The notes beneath the pieces are model-generated. The model was not told where the DNA came from, ran no database searches, and worked only from the letters and a program-made list of their open reading frames with translations. From the NCBI GenBank assembly GCA_002245135.1, contig NGBS01000914.1, positions 1 through 48,836 of the forward strand: a DNA stretch of 48,836 nucleotides, written 5' to 3'. Position 1 is the stretch's first letter, and each line of letters opens with the position of its first letter. The DNA is from Proteromonas lacertae. Its lineage: Eukaryota. This document shows positions 9,370-24,487 of this stretch, in pieces. The translations under genes and the position numbers were made by a program.

Positions 9370-12300
9370 TTACACTACATTGCTAAACTCATTTAAAAAC
9401 TCATTTTTCTTTTCTTCTTCTATCCCATCCAGCTCTATTATACCAATTGATGTAAATGTTTCTAAAAATGATTTTAATTCTGATTTATCTATATCTTCTT
9501 TTAATGTTATTGATAATTCTTCTAAATCTTCAAATACTTCTTTGTTTTCTTTCATTAATCTCAATTCTTTTTCATCTAATTCATTTCCTGATAAATTTAT
9601 ATTTGTCAATGGTATATTATCTTTTAATCTTTCTATTAACATCATCAATCCTTTTTCACTCATCACAATTTCTATATACAATACAATACAATACAGAATT
9701 TTAAATACTTGAGATGTTTAATGATGATATAGAATAAATAAATTTATCTAAATATTTATATATTATCTCTATTCCTTCATCTCCAATTTCATTATTATGA
9801 ATTGAGATATATTCAACATTTTCTGTAAAAGAATCTGTTAATTCTTTTAATCCATTACAACTAATCTTGTTATTGGATATATCAAGATATTTATAATCAA
9901 TCTGTTTTATTAATGAAATATGAGAATCATTCACATTTAAATCTATTTCATTATAAACACACATAATATACTCGAAAAATCATAACATTTTTCATAACTT
10001 CTTCTTTTCTTTTTAATACAATAATTCAAATAATATTCACATTCTTCTTTTCTCCATGATTTATTATTCATTTGAATAAATGGATATTCTTCTTTTTCTA
10101 ATGTTTTGGAACAAATTGATTTTAATCCATTCATTCTGATATTATTTCCATTTAAGTTTATTGTGTTGCAATTAGAAATTGAATCTATCTTATCAGCTAA
10201 TAATATCACACTTTCATCATCTATTGAGATATTACTCAAATCATAATCATATATTAACATGATTACATTGTTTATTAATAGCTTAAATCCAGCATTACCA
10301 ATTGGATTATCTATTAAACAAATTAAAAACTACCATAAATATACTTTGAATATTCAATTCATTAATAATATCACTTTCTTTCATATAATTCATCAAATAT
10401 TCTATTCCTTCTGAATCTATATTATTATCACTTATATCCAATCTGATCTTTTGATGAATACTCTTTAAACCATCTAATAAATACTTCAATCCAATTGAAG
10501 ATAATCCCATTTCTATTGAATATTAAAAGATAGTATTGATACTTGAACAATTAATCTCATCAATATAACTTAATAAATGTAAATGTGGAGATAATATTTT
10601 CATTCCTTCATCTCCTATTTCATTTTCATTTAATTCAAGATATTCAAGATTTGGAAATGAAGATAAATTGTTTATCAATATCTCTATACTTTCATATGTT
10701 AGTTTATTATCTATATAATAATAAAAATATCAAATTATACAACGCAAATATAACACTTCTATTTCTTTCAATTCATTTGATCTTAATGAAATGAATCTTT
10801 TGAAAATATCATCATCTATTTCTAAATTAAACAGATATAATTCATTGTATTGGTTTATATATTTGAATAATTCAGGAATGTCTTTATCAATCAGTAATTC
10901 TTTACTAACATCACAATATATATTTCGAAATTTGGAGAATAAGGCTTTTAATCCTATTGAATGAATGTTTTGGTTTTCTCTAATATCTATTTTATTAAGA
11001 TTTGGATATTTATATAATTCTGATGATAATAACATCATACATTCATCATTTAATTTCATTCCTCTAAGATCTAATTCATTGTCTTTGTTGATTAATAAAT
11101 TCAAATATGGAAGTAACAATTTAAATCCTTTCGCACCAATTTCATTAGCTATTTCAAAAAATAACAATATGATTATAAATACATCGAAGATCTATATATT
11201 TCAATTTCATTAATGGAATTGATTTAACAAATGATTCAATGAAATAGGAAGTAAGATTATAACATGATAAATATAATGTTTGTAGATTTGATAATCCAGT
11301 CAAATATGATCCAAATAATGATTGATGAATAATTGGTATTTGAATATGATCTATACAAATAATAATATATAGAAAAATACTAAATAACAGCTTAGTTGGA
11401 TTGATTTTTCTCAATATTCTAAATAAATAATTCAGTCCTTCTTCACAAAAACATATACAATCTGGTTCTATTTTCATCTTTTCTTTATCGAAATAATTGC
11501 TTTCTATCTTAAATATTATCTCATCTAAATTACATTCTCCATATTTACATTTATGATGTATTTGAAATTTCAATCTATCCTCAATTGAATTATCTTCTTT
11601 GTACATTTTCATCATCAATAATATTGACAATATTCTTTCATTTGGTTGAATATTGTAGGATTCTATCAATTTATCTCTAATCACTTCTCTTTTTTCACTT
11701 TCAATATAATATTTTGATGGATATGTTATTGGAAGTCTAACAATTGTATTATCATTATTTAATAATATTTCTTTTCTTTCTTCACATATCATCATATTAT
11801 CACCTTCATCTATCAATATTTCACTCATTTTTATCATTTCTTTCTTCAACTCTTTCAAACTCATTCTATCTTCATTCTTCACTTTCAACATTCTATATAT
11901 CATCTCTTTCATTCTATCATCACATTCTACATCTATATTGTATTTACATCTCACAATATTCTCTCTTGTTTTAAACATATTATTATCTTCTGAAAATGGT
12001 AATTTATTAAACATCATTTCATATAATATACACCCAATTGACCAAATCACACTTCCTTTATCATATTCTAATCCATTCAACTCTTCTGGACTTGTGAAGC
12101 ATATATCATACAATCTCATATCTTCTTCTTTTCTTATTTCATTCAAACATAAATCACATAACTTTAAAATACCATTCTCTTCATATATCACATTACTACT
12201 CTTCAAATTACCTACTACAATCTCATTTTCATTCATTACCATTACATCATCACATATTGAACTTATTATATCACATATTTCATTCACACATAAACAATTT

Positions 12301-12644
12301 TTAGAAACTATCTCTTTCAAGTCTCTACTGTAATATTCTCTACAATATATCATATATTCACCATAATCATTCATATCATATACTCTATATCGATAAATGA
12401 AGGAGGAACAACAAACTAACAACAAACACTTATTCTCTAACAATTTTAATATTTGTTTCTCTTTTATTTCACATACATTAAACACTTTCAACTTTTGAAT
12501 ATCAGTTTCATATTCTACAACTAAATCTAACTCATTAACACTTCTTTCTATTCTCTCTTTCTCCTAATAAAAATAAATTAATTATAATACTTTCATATCA
12601 CATGCTAATTTAGCATATAACACTTTATCTATCAAATGCAACAT
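9370..12644 (-). CDS. Pseudokinase + RNI-like LRR protein (copy L1), multi-exon
   Basis: Kinase fold with degenerate motifs (VGNLKSSN, LKLCDLC, FTSPEE, VIWSIGCILYEM, KLPF), then many LxxLxLxxNxIxxxG repeats joined by ~30-nt GT-AG introns. Start codon approximate. Confidence 0.8.
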
Positions 12645-12784
12645 TTCAAAATATTGAGTCGTTTCATTTATGGAATTTTTTATTTACATACACAGAAATC
12701 ATTCTAACACAATATTTGTTTATTATATTCATATTTATTAACACTTGAAAAACAACTTCAACAAGTAAATTAAAGGAAAATATT

Positions 12785-13380
12785 AGATATTTAATGGATG
12801 TTTCTTTTTTAAAGCAAATTTGTTTGTTTTCTTCATCGTATTATTAGATACTTCAGCTTCATTTGTATTTTCATCTATTTCTAATTCAACTCCTTCTACA
12901 TTACCTACTGCCCAAGCACTTTCTGTTGATACTTTACTTACTTCAGTTGCTGTTGGAGATGATTCTGGAAATTATGATTTAGGATTTAAATAATATACAA
13001 TCTATAAAATCTATATCACTCATTTCATTATTCTATTGACTTTTTCTGTTAATCTTTCTGGAAGATTTAAATCTCTTAGACTATATATTCAATTCATTTA
13101 CTATTTCACTCATATAATTCAATTACTACTATAATATAAAATAGTCAACATTTTTCATAATTATTTGTCTATTTTCTTCTTCTATTATATTAATCCACAT
13201 ATTTCTATTAACTAAACAATCAACAATTTCTACAATGAGTTATTTCTTTTCTTTACACTCTTTCAACGAATTGTTTTACTAAACACACTTTATATATATC
13301 TTCTTCATCTGGATACTTAATTACTTTATCACATTCATAAATTCAGTCACCAATCTCTTTCATTCACATTTTAAACTCAA
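12785..13380 (-). pseudogene. Degenerate coding-like fragments of unknown origin
   Basis: Purine-rich coding-like composition and a ~60-codon open stretch (PESSPTATEVSKVSTESAWAVGNVEG..), with many stops upstream. Confidence 0.3.
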
Positions 13381-13559
13381 ATGAAATTTATATAGGCTTG
13401 ATCATGGTTTGATAATGTATTTTGAATAATTTGATCAAAACAAATATAGAAAGTATTTAATATTAACAGAAAATATGAAAATATGTACAGTATAGTATGA
13501 TAAACATTTTCATTATTAACAAATAAAAGAATAATAGAGTAAAACAACTAATAATTGAA

Positions 13560-14288
13560 TTATTTAACATTCAAATATTCTTTTGATAGTTCTTTCTTTT
13601 CTTCTTCTTCTATCCCATCCAGCTCTATTATATCAATTGATGTAAATGTTTCTAAAAATGATTTTAATTCTGATTTATCTATATCTTCTTTTAATGTTAT
13701 TGATAAACTATCTAAATCTTCAAATACTTCTTTGTTTTCTTTCATTAATCTCAATTCTCTTTCATCTAATTCATTTCCTGATAAATTTATATTTGTCAAT
13801 GGTATATTATCTTTTAATCTTTCTATTAACATCATCAATCCTTTTTCACTCATTCCAATTTCTATATACAATACAATACAATACAGAATTTTAAATACTT
13901 GAGATGTTTAATGATGATATAGAATAAATAAATTTATCTAAATATTTACATATTATCTCTATTCCTTCATCTCCAATTTCATTATTATGAATTGAGATAT
14001 ATTCAACATTTTCTGTAAAAGAATCTGTTAATTCTTTTAATCCATTACAACTAATCTTGTTATTGGATATATCAAGATATTTATAATCAATCTGTTTTAT
14101 TAATGAAATATGAGAATCATTCACATTTAAATCTATTTCATTATAAACACACATAATATACTCGAAAAATAATAGTATTTATTGTCTTTTCTTTTCTTTT
14201 TAATACAATAATTCAAATAATATTCACATTCTTCTTTTCTCCATGATTTATTATTCATTTCTATAAATGGATATTCTTCTTTTTCTAA
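13560..14288 (-). pseudogene. 5'-truncated LRR copy (L2), last three exons only
   Basis: 13446-14288 is a direct repeat of 9276-10101. It begins abruptly at LEKEEYPF with no start codon. Confidence 0.8.
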
Positions 14289-14497
14289 ATATGGAATAAT
14301 CTTTTTTAAATATGGAAATGATTTTATACATTTTGAGAATGTATTTATTCATCAAATATTGGTTATAGAGACATTTTCATTAGATTATCAATAAACACAT
14401 AAAAAACACATAGTATATGAAAATTAAAATATAAAGTAAGAAGTGAATATAATACTAATTTATTTATAATATATATATATATTACAATATATATGAT

Positions 14498-17400
14498 TTA
14501 ACTATACAAAGCTTCAACACTTCCAGTTCTATCATTTCTCTTATACAAACGACCTTCTGTTGTTCTACAAACAGTATAACCACCATCTAATTTTTGACCT
14601 TCTCTATATATTATTATATCCAGATCTTCAGGAGGATCCCAACTCGTACTTCCTGTTTCAGTGTTAAAGAAGTAATAACAACCTGTATTCTCATCAAATA
14701 AGTATTGATAGATTGCTTCCTAAACAAATATTAAAATCATTAATAATAATATATATATACATGATTAGTTGAATCAGCAGTTGGAGGTCTTAAAGCATCA
14801 TTCCCAGTTACTATTGTCATTTTAGATGGTTTAGGGTTACTACTATTTCTTTCGATTAATAAATCTCGCTCATATATTTGTTTTGTCATATCCATCTTTA
14901 TAGCGATCAAACGATTATCTAATTCACTTTCTAATTTATTGAATCTATTCACAAATGATTTGATCGATGTATCTAAGTAAGATTGTAATGAATGATAATT
15001 CGTTCGAATCTCACTCATATTCGCATGATCTACGAAGTTGTATAAATTATCAAATTCTATTTGCCATTTCAAATTATCCATTGTTGTAGTTAAACTCAAG
15101 CTATCCATTGATTTGTTTATATAATTCATATCTTTCTTATTATTATCTAATTGTTGATTTACCTCCTTCTTTGTATTTGTTACTGTTACTTTCAACTCAT
15201 TAATATCATTTTCACAGTCACTAAGTCTTCGGTTATTATTATCTTCTATACGCTTCATTTCTATTTTCAATTATATAAAATTAATATATATATATATATA
15301 ATACTTTCATCTGTTACTGTCTTATATTGTTCCAACTTCAATTTTACATCATTCTTTGTATCTTCCAATTTATTGTGATAGTCACTATAATAGTGGAATG
15401 TTTCATCCTTCAATTTGTTATAGTTTTCTTCTACTAAAGCTCTTTCCATCGCTTCATTGGCTATTTGTTTACTTTCAATTAATTCATAAATATCATTTAT
15501 CTTCTTTTCTACATAATCTTTCAATTCATTATTTTCACGAATATCATTCAATACTTTCTCTAATCTTTCATTTTGATTATCAATCTTGTTATTAATTATT
15601 TGTCTCTGTTTTGCATTTTCTTCACTAAATTGACTCATTTCATTGTGTATTTTCTCCATCTTTTCTTCATTTCTTTCAATACTGTTCTTGTTGATTTCAG
15701 CTTCGTTATTAATCTCATTTTCAATATTTCGATGTCTTTCATCACATTCATATCTTAATGAATCAATGCTTTGTTGACAATTCTTTATCTTCTTATCTAA
15801 ATCACTCACTCTTCTCAAATTCTTATTTATTACATCTGTCACATGTTTTTCATATAATTCAAAGTTAGTTTGATTGTACAAATCATTAATAACAGCTTGT
15901 GCTACAACTTCATTTCTTAAATTATCTATTGCTTCTAATTTCAAACTTCCATCATTAGCTAAACCACCATTATTATTAGTTGAGCTATAACCACTTAATT
16001 CTAATTGCGGTCTAGTTATATAATCACTTTCTATTGCTTTTATTCTACAATTATGATTGTCTAAATCATTTTGAATTCTTCTTATTAATTTATTAGACAT
16101 TCCATCATTGATATTATTATTATTACTTCTAGCTGAAGCTAAATCACTATTTTTCATCTCTTCAATTTCATCTTTTACATCATTCAATTCTTTATTCAAA
16201 TCACTCAACTCTTTATAGATTGCACTATTTTTACTATTTCCACTATCAATTCCTTCCATTTTCATATTACTAATCTCTTGTAACCTACTAGAAAGACTCA
16301 CTAATTGATTGGTTATTTCATTATCTTTATTATTTATATTCTTCATTTCTGTGACTATATAATTCTCTAATTTTGTTTCAATCTCTAATATTTCTTGCTT
16401 AAAGTCTTCTATATCTTGACTGTGTTTATTTAATCGTATTTCCAAGTTCTTTGCTAAGTTATTTAGCTTTATATCATATCCACCAAATCCTTTATCTATT
16501 GTATCTTGAACATGATTTTCGTATGTTTGAAGTATGTCATTTTGACCTTTAATTGTAGTTAATACATCGGAATATTTATTATCAATCTATTAACAAACAT
16601 TAAAAATAATAATATAATATAATATATATATATATATACTCTTCGAATGGAATCATCTAATAATTTTCTACTTTTCTTTTCATCACTCAATCCACTTTCT
16701 AACAATTTTAATTTCTGTATAACACCACTCCATTTATTAAAATCCATAGCACCACCATTACTACCATCAATTAATGGATTTATATTATTCAAAGGAATTC
16801 CTCCAACACTTTGATTCTGTATTGTAGCATCAATAACTACTTTCTGTTCCATTTGATCATTTACTATACCATTTACTGCTTCTCTTACTTTACTTTCTAA
16901 ATCAATTATATTATTCTTTACACCATTTAAATCTATATTCAATCTATCAATATTATTATTAACCAACGAGAGTTTGTTATTTAAATCATTTGTATTAATG
17001 GAAATATCTTTGACTTTATTTTCAATTTCATTCATTCGTGTTATATAATTTTGATTCATATTCTCAAAACTCATTTTTACATCATACACTGATTTTTCCA
17101 CTAAATTGATTCGACTAATTAATCGTTCTACATCATTGGATCGAGCCATTTCAAAGTGTTCAGTTTTATTTTGAATTCCACTTATTACATCTTTTATATC
17201 ACCATTATATTTCGAATAATTCTTTCGCCACTCTTTTTCATGTTTTAATTCACTCTCTAATTGGTATAATCTGCCTTTTAGCTCATTTATTAAGTTACTA
17301 TTCTCTCTTTGATTTTGATTATATTGATCCAGCTGATTCTTTAACAAAATGAATGATTTGTCATTTTGTTGAGATTGAGGCGGGTAATATTGCGGCGCAG

Positions 17401-17900
17401 GTGGTTGAGCTTGAATTATTTCAAGCTTTGCTGCTGGTAATGGACTGTTTGACTGTGGAATATCGAATTTTCTATAATAAATATAATTTTATATATATAC
17501 TGTGGATTGTAATATTGATTTGGAGGTTTTGGTGGAGGAGGATCATCATAATAAGGTTCTGGTGGTTTTACTATTGGTTTTTCATAATAAGGACTTCTTG
17601 AAGGGTTATTATTTTGAATTGGGGCTATTGGAGGTAGAACACCCACTTTCTGCTGTGGAGAATCTCCATGTAATCTATCATAACGATTCTTTTGCATCAT
17701 CCTTTCTTTCTCTTCAATTTGCCTTTTTAAAGCTAAAGGCTAAAAAATAAAAATCATACATCTACTATATGCTTCTTGTAATTCTCTTCTACGACGTTCA
17801 TTCTCTAAACCCTCTTTACCAAACATCAAAGGTGTTTCTGGAGTATTGCCTATTCATAATATATTATTATATGTTTGGATATACCTCTATATTCTGCCAT
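14498..17900 (-). CDS. Large coiled-coil protein with Pro-rich N-terminus and C-terminal WW/WW-like domains
   Basis: Exons join through short GT-AG introns from MAEYR. Long heptad-rich ORFs. Last exon YLFDENTGCYYFFNTETGSTSWDPP..GYTVCRTTEGRLYKRNDRTG. Confidence 0.75.
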
Positions 17901-18033
17901 ATAAATGTGTAACTAAAAAACGAATAACTGCCAATAAGAAACGAGTATATTTTTTATAAATTTTGAATTATTTTTTTCACACACCAATTTCAATTTCAAA
18001 TTATTTCTGGAAGGTTATTCTATAGAATAAATA

Positions 18034-18771
18034 ATGCCACATATTTATACCCCAGATGATATACTTCAATTGAATGCTCCAACTAAAGGTATTCATCTAT
18101 ATTTATCATTGATTTATAGATTATTTATGTTCTCCTGAAGATAATGTCTATGGAATAGAATTTTTAGAGTTTGAGATATACAACGATGAGACAAAAGAAA
18201 AATATTTCCAAATTGGTTGTCCAGACCAAAGATACGATTTGCCAAGTAGATTTTCACGTTGCGCTGATGATCTTAGAAAAATCTATTATGAGTTTCCATT
18301 AGGTGTATTAGAAGCACCAATAATTGCTACTAGGTATATATTATGTGATTATACTCTTTATAGATTAAAGTTCAAAGTTGGACCACAAGAAGTTCGTGAT
18401 TTTAGAATGATAGAAAGACATTATTTTAGAGATACTCTTTTAAAAAGTTATGATTTCCAATTTGTGTTTTGCATTCCAAATTCAGAGAATGAATGGGCTT
18501 CTTATTACAAAGTACCTCCTCTTAACAAAGATTTGCGTATTTTTATTTCTGTTTTATGAATATAGTTGATCAAATCTGTTTACATCCTAATGAGACACAG
18601 AGTGATAGTTTTTATTTTGTTGGTGATGAATTGATAATGCATACAAAAGCAATTTACACTTATTTTAGACCAAATGAAACAATCAGTCGATCTTTACCTG
18701 CTGAAGTTAAAGAATCAGAAAGAATTACAGCAAATGAAAGTAAGTTAGATGCTAGGCATCCTAGAAAGTAA
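18034..18771 (+). CDS. UNC119: UNC119 (PDE-delta family) lipidated-cargo carrier, 4 exons
   Basis: YLCSPEDNVYGIEFLEF, FRMIERHYFRDTLLKSYDF.F.FCIPNS.N, SDSFYFVGDELIMH.KA.Y.Y. Confidence 0.92.
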
Positions 18772-18838
18772 CTAACAACCGTAATTTATTCTTGTTTTTT
18801 TTAACATATAAATTCTTAAAATTACATAACGTATATAT

Positions 18839-19338
18839 TCATTTTTTATAATACTTTATTATAAACACCGAAGAATTCTGATCTAAACACACAAAAGTAT
18901 CTACTGGTGATTTAATGTCGTTAAATATTAATATTCCTTATTTCTACCTTGTCTTATCATAATAGTATGTTTGCCCATATTATATATAATCTCATATTTT
19001 TCTTCTTTCTTTGATTTTATTTCATTTATTACTTTTTCTCTAGCAAATTCACCGCCAGATCCATATAACACAAATTTATCTTTATTTATAGCAATACTAC
19101 AGGAAGAATCATGATTATAAATGAAATGACCAAAATAGTCTTTAATAGTAGAACAGCCAATGTATAATCCATTTTCATTGTGAGATATAAATATAAAATG
19201 ATGAATTCCATTTTCTAATACTATGCCCAAGTAGCAATGAGGTAAAGCAGCAACAGAACTGGATTTATTTAAATTTGTATTTCCATTATCAGTTAATACA
19301 ATATATATGTGCTTATTATATGAAAATTTTATATCCAT
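18839..19338 (-). CDS. SPRY/B30.2-like small protein; C-terminal strands out of frame
   Basis: LENGIHHF..GLYIGCS..IIYNM..HTIMI, then in another frame IFNDIKSPVDTFVCLDQNSSV. Confidence 0.45.
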
Positions 19339-19421
19339 TTTCTAAAATACTATTACAATTTTGATATATATCAAAAAACGCATATACAATATATTATTAT
19401 AATATTACAACTAAAAATCAA

Positions 19422-21949
19422 TTACACTACATTGCTAAACTCATTTAAAAACTCATTTTTCTTTTCTTCTTCTTCTATCCCATCCAACTTTACTATACCA
19501 ATTGATGTAAATGTTTCTAAAAATGATTTTAATTCTGATTTATCTATATCTTCTTTTAATGTTATTGATAATTTTTCTAAATCTTCAAATACTTCTTTGT
19601 TTTCTTTCATTAATCTCAATTCTCTTTCATCTAATTCATTTCCTGATAAATTTATATTTGTCAATGGTATATTATCTTTTAATCTTTCTATTAACATCAT
19701 CAATCCTTTTTCACTCATCACAATTTCTATATACAATACAATACAGAATTTTAAATACTTGAGATGTTTAATGATGAAAACATGAAGAATTTATCTAAAT
19801 ATTTACATATTATCTCTATTCCTTCATCTCCAATTTCATTATTATGAATTGAGATATATACAACATCTTCTGGAAAAGAATCTGTTAATTCTTTTAATCC
19901 ATTACAACTAATCTTGTTATTGGATAAAACAAGATATTTATAATCAATCTGTTTTATTAATGAAATATGAGAATCATTCACATTTAAATCTATTTCATTA
20001 TAAACACACATAATATACTCGAAAAATCATAACATTTTTCATAACTTCTTCTTTTCTTTTTAATACAATAATTCAAATAATATTCACATTCTTCTTTTCT
20101 CCATGTTTTATTATTCATTTTAATAAATGGATATTCTTCTTTTTCTAATGTTTTGGAACAAATTGATTTTAATCCATTCATTCTGATATTATTTCCACTT
20201 AAGTCTATTGAACAACAATAAGAAATTGAATCTATCTTATCAGCTAATAATATCACACTTTCATCATCTATTGAGATATTGGTTAAATCAATTTTATTTA
20301 AATAATTTTCTAATAACATGTCTAAATTGTTTATTAATAGCTTAAATCCAGCATTACCAATTGGATTATCTATTAAACAAATTAAAAACTACCATAAATA
20401 TACTTTGAATATTCAATTCATTAATAATATCACTTTCTTTCATATAATTCATCAAATATTCTATTCCTTCTGAATCTATATTATTATTACTTATATCAAC
20501 TGAATAGAAATTATCTATATCATCATCTTCTTCTTCATTATTTACTTTTAATTCGTTCATAAAGAATCTAGTCAACTCATCACCTTCATTATCATGAAGA
20601 ATTTTCTTTAAACCATCTAACAAATACTTTAATCCAATTGAAGATAATCCCATTTCTATTACAAATAATATCATAATAATAATAATACTTGAACAATTGA
20701 TTTTATTAATAATACCATCTTTTAATAAATGTAAATATGGAGATAATATTTTCATTCCTTCATCTCCTATCTCATTTCCATTCAATTGAAGTTCTTCAAG
20801 ACTTGTAAATGAAGATAAATTGTTAATCAGTATTTCTATACTTTTGTATGTTAGTTTATTATCTAAATAATATAAAAATATCAAATTATACTGTTCAAAT
20901 CTAATCTCCAGATTATTTCGAATTCATCTGATCTTAATGAAATGAATGATTTGAAAAAATCATCATCAATTTCACAATTACTCACATTTAATACATCATC
21001 ATTCATCAATCCAATTAATTCTTTATCAACTAACATTTCCATACTCTCTTTATTAAAATCAAATTTAATCTTTGAAATTGGAAATTTGGAGGATAAGGCT
21101 TTTAATCCTTTTGAATGAATATTCTTGTTTTCTGCAATACATATACTCTCAAGATTTGGATATTTGTATAACGCTTCAGATAATAATATCATTGATTCAT
21201 CATTTAAATTCATGTTAAAAAGATTTAATTCATTTTTGTCGTTGATCAGTAAATGTAAATATGGAAGTAATGATTTGAATCCTTTCACACCAATTCGATT
21301 AGCTATTTCAAAAGAATAAAAAGAAAATATATATACACTGAAGATCAACATATTTCAATTTCATCAATGGAGTTGATTTAACAAATGATTCAATGAAATG
21401 AGAAGTAAAATTACACCATGACAAATCCAATTTTTCTAAATTTGTTAACTGTGAAAAAAATGATCCAAATAAAGAATAATATTGAATTGGAATATCAATA
21501 TGATTATAGTGCTCTTCGAAAACATCATTATTCTTGGGATCCTTTCCAAATTTTAAGTTTGCTGGATTGATAAGTTTCAATATTCTCATGAAGTAATTCA
21601 ATCCTTCTTCACAATAACAAATACAACTTGAATGAATAATTATAACACCACCATAATATGAGTAAATATCAAATATCATTTTATCTAAGTAACACTCAGC
21701 ATCTTCTTTACAGTGGTGATTTATCTGAAATTTCAGCTTAGTTTGAATGGAATCATCATTTTTGTTTAACTTCATCAGCAGCAACTTTGATAATACTTCT
21801 TCATCAGGTTTAGAGTTGTAGCTTTCTACAAGTTGTTCAATTGCTTCTTCATTCTCTTTCGAATCTACTTCTATTCTTCTTCTTTTCTACATCGAATGAA
21901 TAAAAATATATACTACATAAATACTTGAAGGTTTATTAGAATTACTCAT
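19422..21949 (-). CDS. Kinase-less RNI-like LRR protein (copy L3), 8 exons
   Basis: Starts MSNSNKPSSIYV|KRRRIEV. It is homologous to L1 from the post-kinase domain (LVESYN.KP.E.VLS.LL.MK..LKFQI.H.CK) to the end. Confidence 0.8.
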
Positions 21950-22529
21950 AAAATTGTGTTTTGTTTCAAAAATATAGTCGTTATGATTGAGATATTTTTG
22001 TGTTATTCTGAATAAATACAACTAAATTACTAAAATGCTATTCCTGTGAATTGAAAATAATACAGAAATACTTCCATCAATTAAAATTGTAAAGTATTTT
22101 AAACATTTTGAAAATGTATTTGTTTCAGTTGAAGTTAAATCATTCACTAAAACTATAATCATTATATTTCATGCAATCTAAATTAATTTTTTTACATTAT
22201 TCATTCCTCCATCTTTCATTTAAACTAAGAATTCATAATTAAATATCACATTATATATACAATCACAAAAATGCATTCCAATCCCATTTTCATTTTTATC
22301 ATCAATTCTTTCTTCTATTTTCATATTATTTTATACTCAATAAACCAAATACTAATATCATTATTTTATCAAATTCTAAACAACAGAACAACAACAAGAA
22401 GCAGATAAAACAAAAAATGAAATATCAAGTTTTTTGTATTATTTTTTGATTTTTATACATTTACAGATTCTATTTAAGTAGATTAAAATCACTCTAATAA
22501 ACAAAAGCATATGAATATTTTCATTATTT

Positions 22530-24487
22530 TTATGTATCTATACTTCTTGGTAATAAACTGAATATTTCACATCCACTCATTTTCATAAACAACATATTCT
22601 CTTTATTTATTATTTCTATTCCACTTAAATCATTTAAATCACTTAATAAACATAAATAGTTATTATATAAACTTCGCTCTTTTGGACTTGCTATTCCTTT
22701 TCGAACTTTCTCATGCATTAATTTTAAACATTCATAAAATTTAGTATAGATTTCTTCGAATATATTCAACAAATATTCATTCTCATTTATACACTTTTTC
22801 ATTCTTTCATAATCTTTACTATTCAAATATTCTTTTACAAATCGATTATTTTCTACTATTTCTAACAGATTCTCACTTTTTAAATCGAAATTCAATGACT
22901 AATATATAATATATATATATAATAATATACACTTATAAAACTACACACTTCATTCTTCTCACTTAACCATTTCAACACATTATTCAACAAACTATCATTC
23001 ATTTTGTCTTTCAACATGATTCGTAATATGTTGTTTATTAAACCAATATTCATTTGGATATTTAAATCTAACCATACTTGACAATCATTGTTTATTGTAT
23101 TTTCTCTAGTTAAATCAAATAAATCTATAACAAAATAATAATAATATATAAATATATAAATACTTGAAAAAGAAAATGAACTTTTTATCTTCAATTCAAA
23201 TTCTTTCATTATTTCATTCAATTTTGGAAACTCTTTATATTCCATATATTTATTCATATTGTGATTCATTATTATATAAACTCTCAACATATCATTCTTA
23301 TCACCACTTTCTCCATTATTCTCATTTATTATTATATATTTCACAAATTCATCTATATTCTTCAAACTGTATAATAAATAATTATCACATATGTTTTGTA
23401 AAGCAGCTACACACTTCTGTTGTCTTGTTTTATTTGTTCCTTCTCTATATCCAAAGGATAATTTCATTATCATTATATCTTCTTTTATTTCTTTGGTTAT
23501 ATTTAAATGCTTTACAATATTATTATAATTCTTTTCATTGTTATTTTTTAGTTTCAAATTCATCTCAAATCCACTCTTCAATAATACTCCTATTTCATCT
23601 TTTATATGGATTTTACACATGCTATTATTATTTAAACTTATTCCTTTTAATTTATTATATTTTATTACATTTGGAATTATTTCATGTAAGTAGTTTAATC
23701 CATTTATATATTTATTCCAATATTTGGTTATTTCATTTCCTACTTTAGATATTGCACTTATTAAATACCATTCACTTTCTTTCTTTTTATTTCCTCCTTT
23801 TATATTCATTAACTCAGATTTGGTTGAATTAATTCCTGGAATATTCATTGTAACTATGTTATTAAATAATAATATATACATCTTCTTTTATTATTTGGAT
23901 TATTGTTATTGTTACTGTCTTTTAGAGACTTTATTCTGGATAATTCAGCATTTGAATGAATTGTTTCATTATCTATTTTTATATCTAAATACAATGTTAA
24001 CTTCATTAAATCTCGATTATTGTTATTATAAACACTTGTTATATATTCTGTAAATTCTTTTATATTTATTGGAATTTTCAATTCTATTCATTAGTATTAG
24101 ATTATATAATATACCTTCATTTTCACTACGGCTTATCACTTCATTTTCATTTTCACTCACACTATCTTCTTTTTCTTCCTCTTCATCTAATTTTATTAGT
24201 GTCACACTCTTCTTTATTGCTATTAGAATATCTTCATATGATTCTTCATTTAAAACTCCTTTATTAAACAAATCAAAGTATTTGAATATCTCATTCACTG
24301 TTTTATTTCCTAATTCACTCAATTTATTGTTCTTAAAGTATTCTAACACTTCTAACTCTTCTCTTTCTTCAGTATTTTCATTTATTGCATTCTTTAGTTT
24401 TTCTGCATCAATTCCTATTTCTTTCAATGAGCCTTCAATTCTCTGAAGTTTTTTTAAGGTAGAATTCTTTTGATCAATCAAACTCAT
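22530..24487 (-). CDS. Hypothetical helical protein, multi-exon
   Basis: Overlapping ORFs join through short GT-AG introns. An intact mirror copy lies at 38567-40520. No recognisable motif. Confidence 0.65.
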
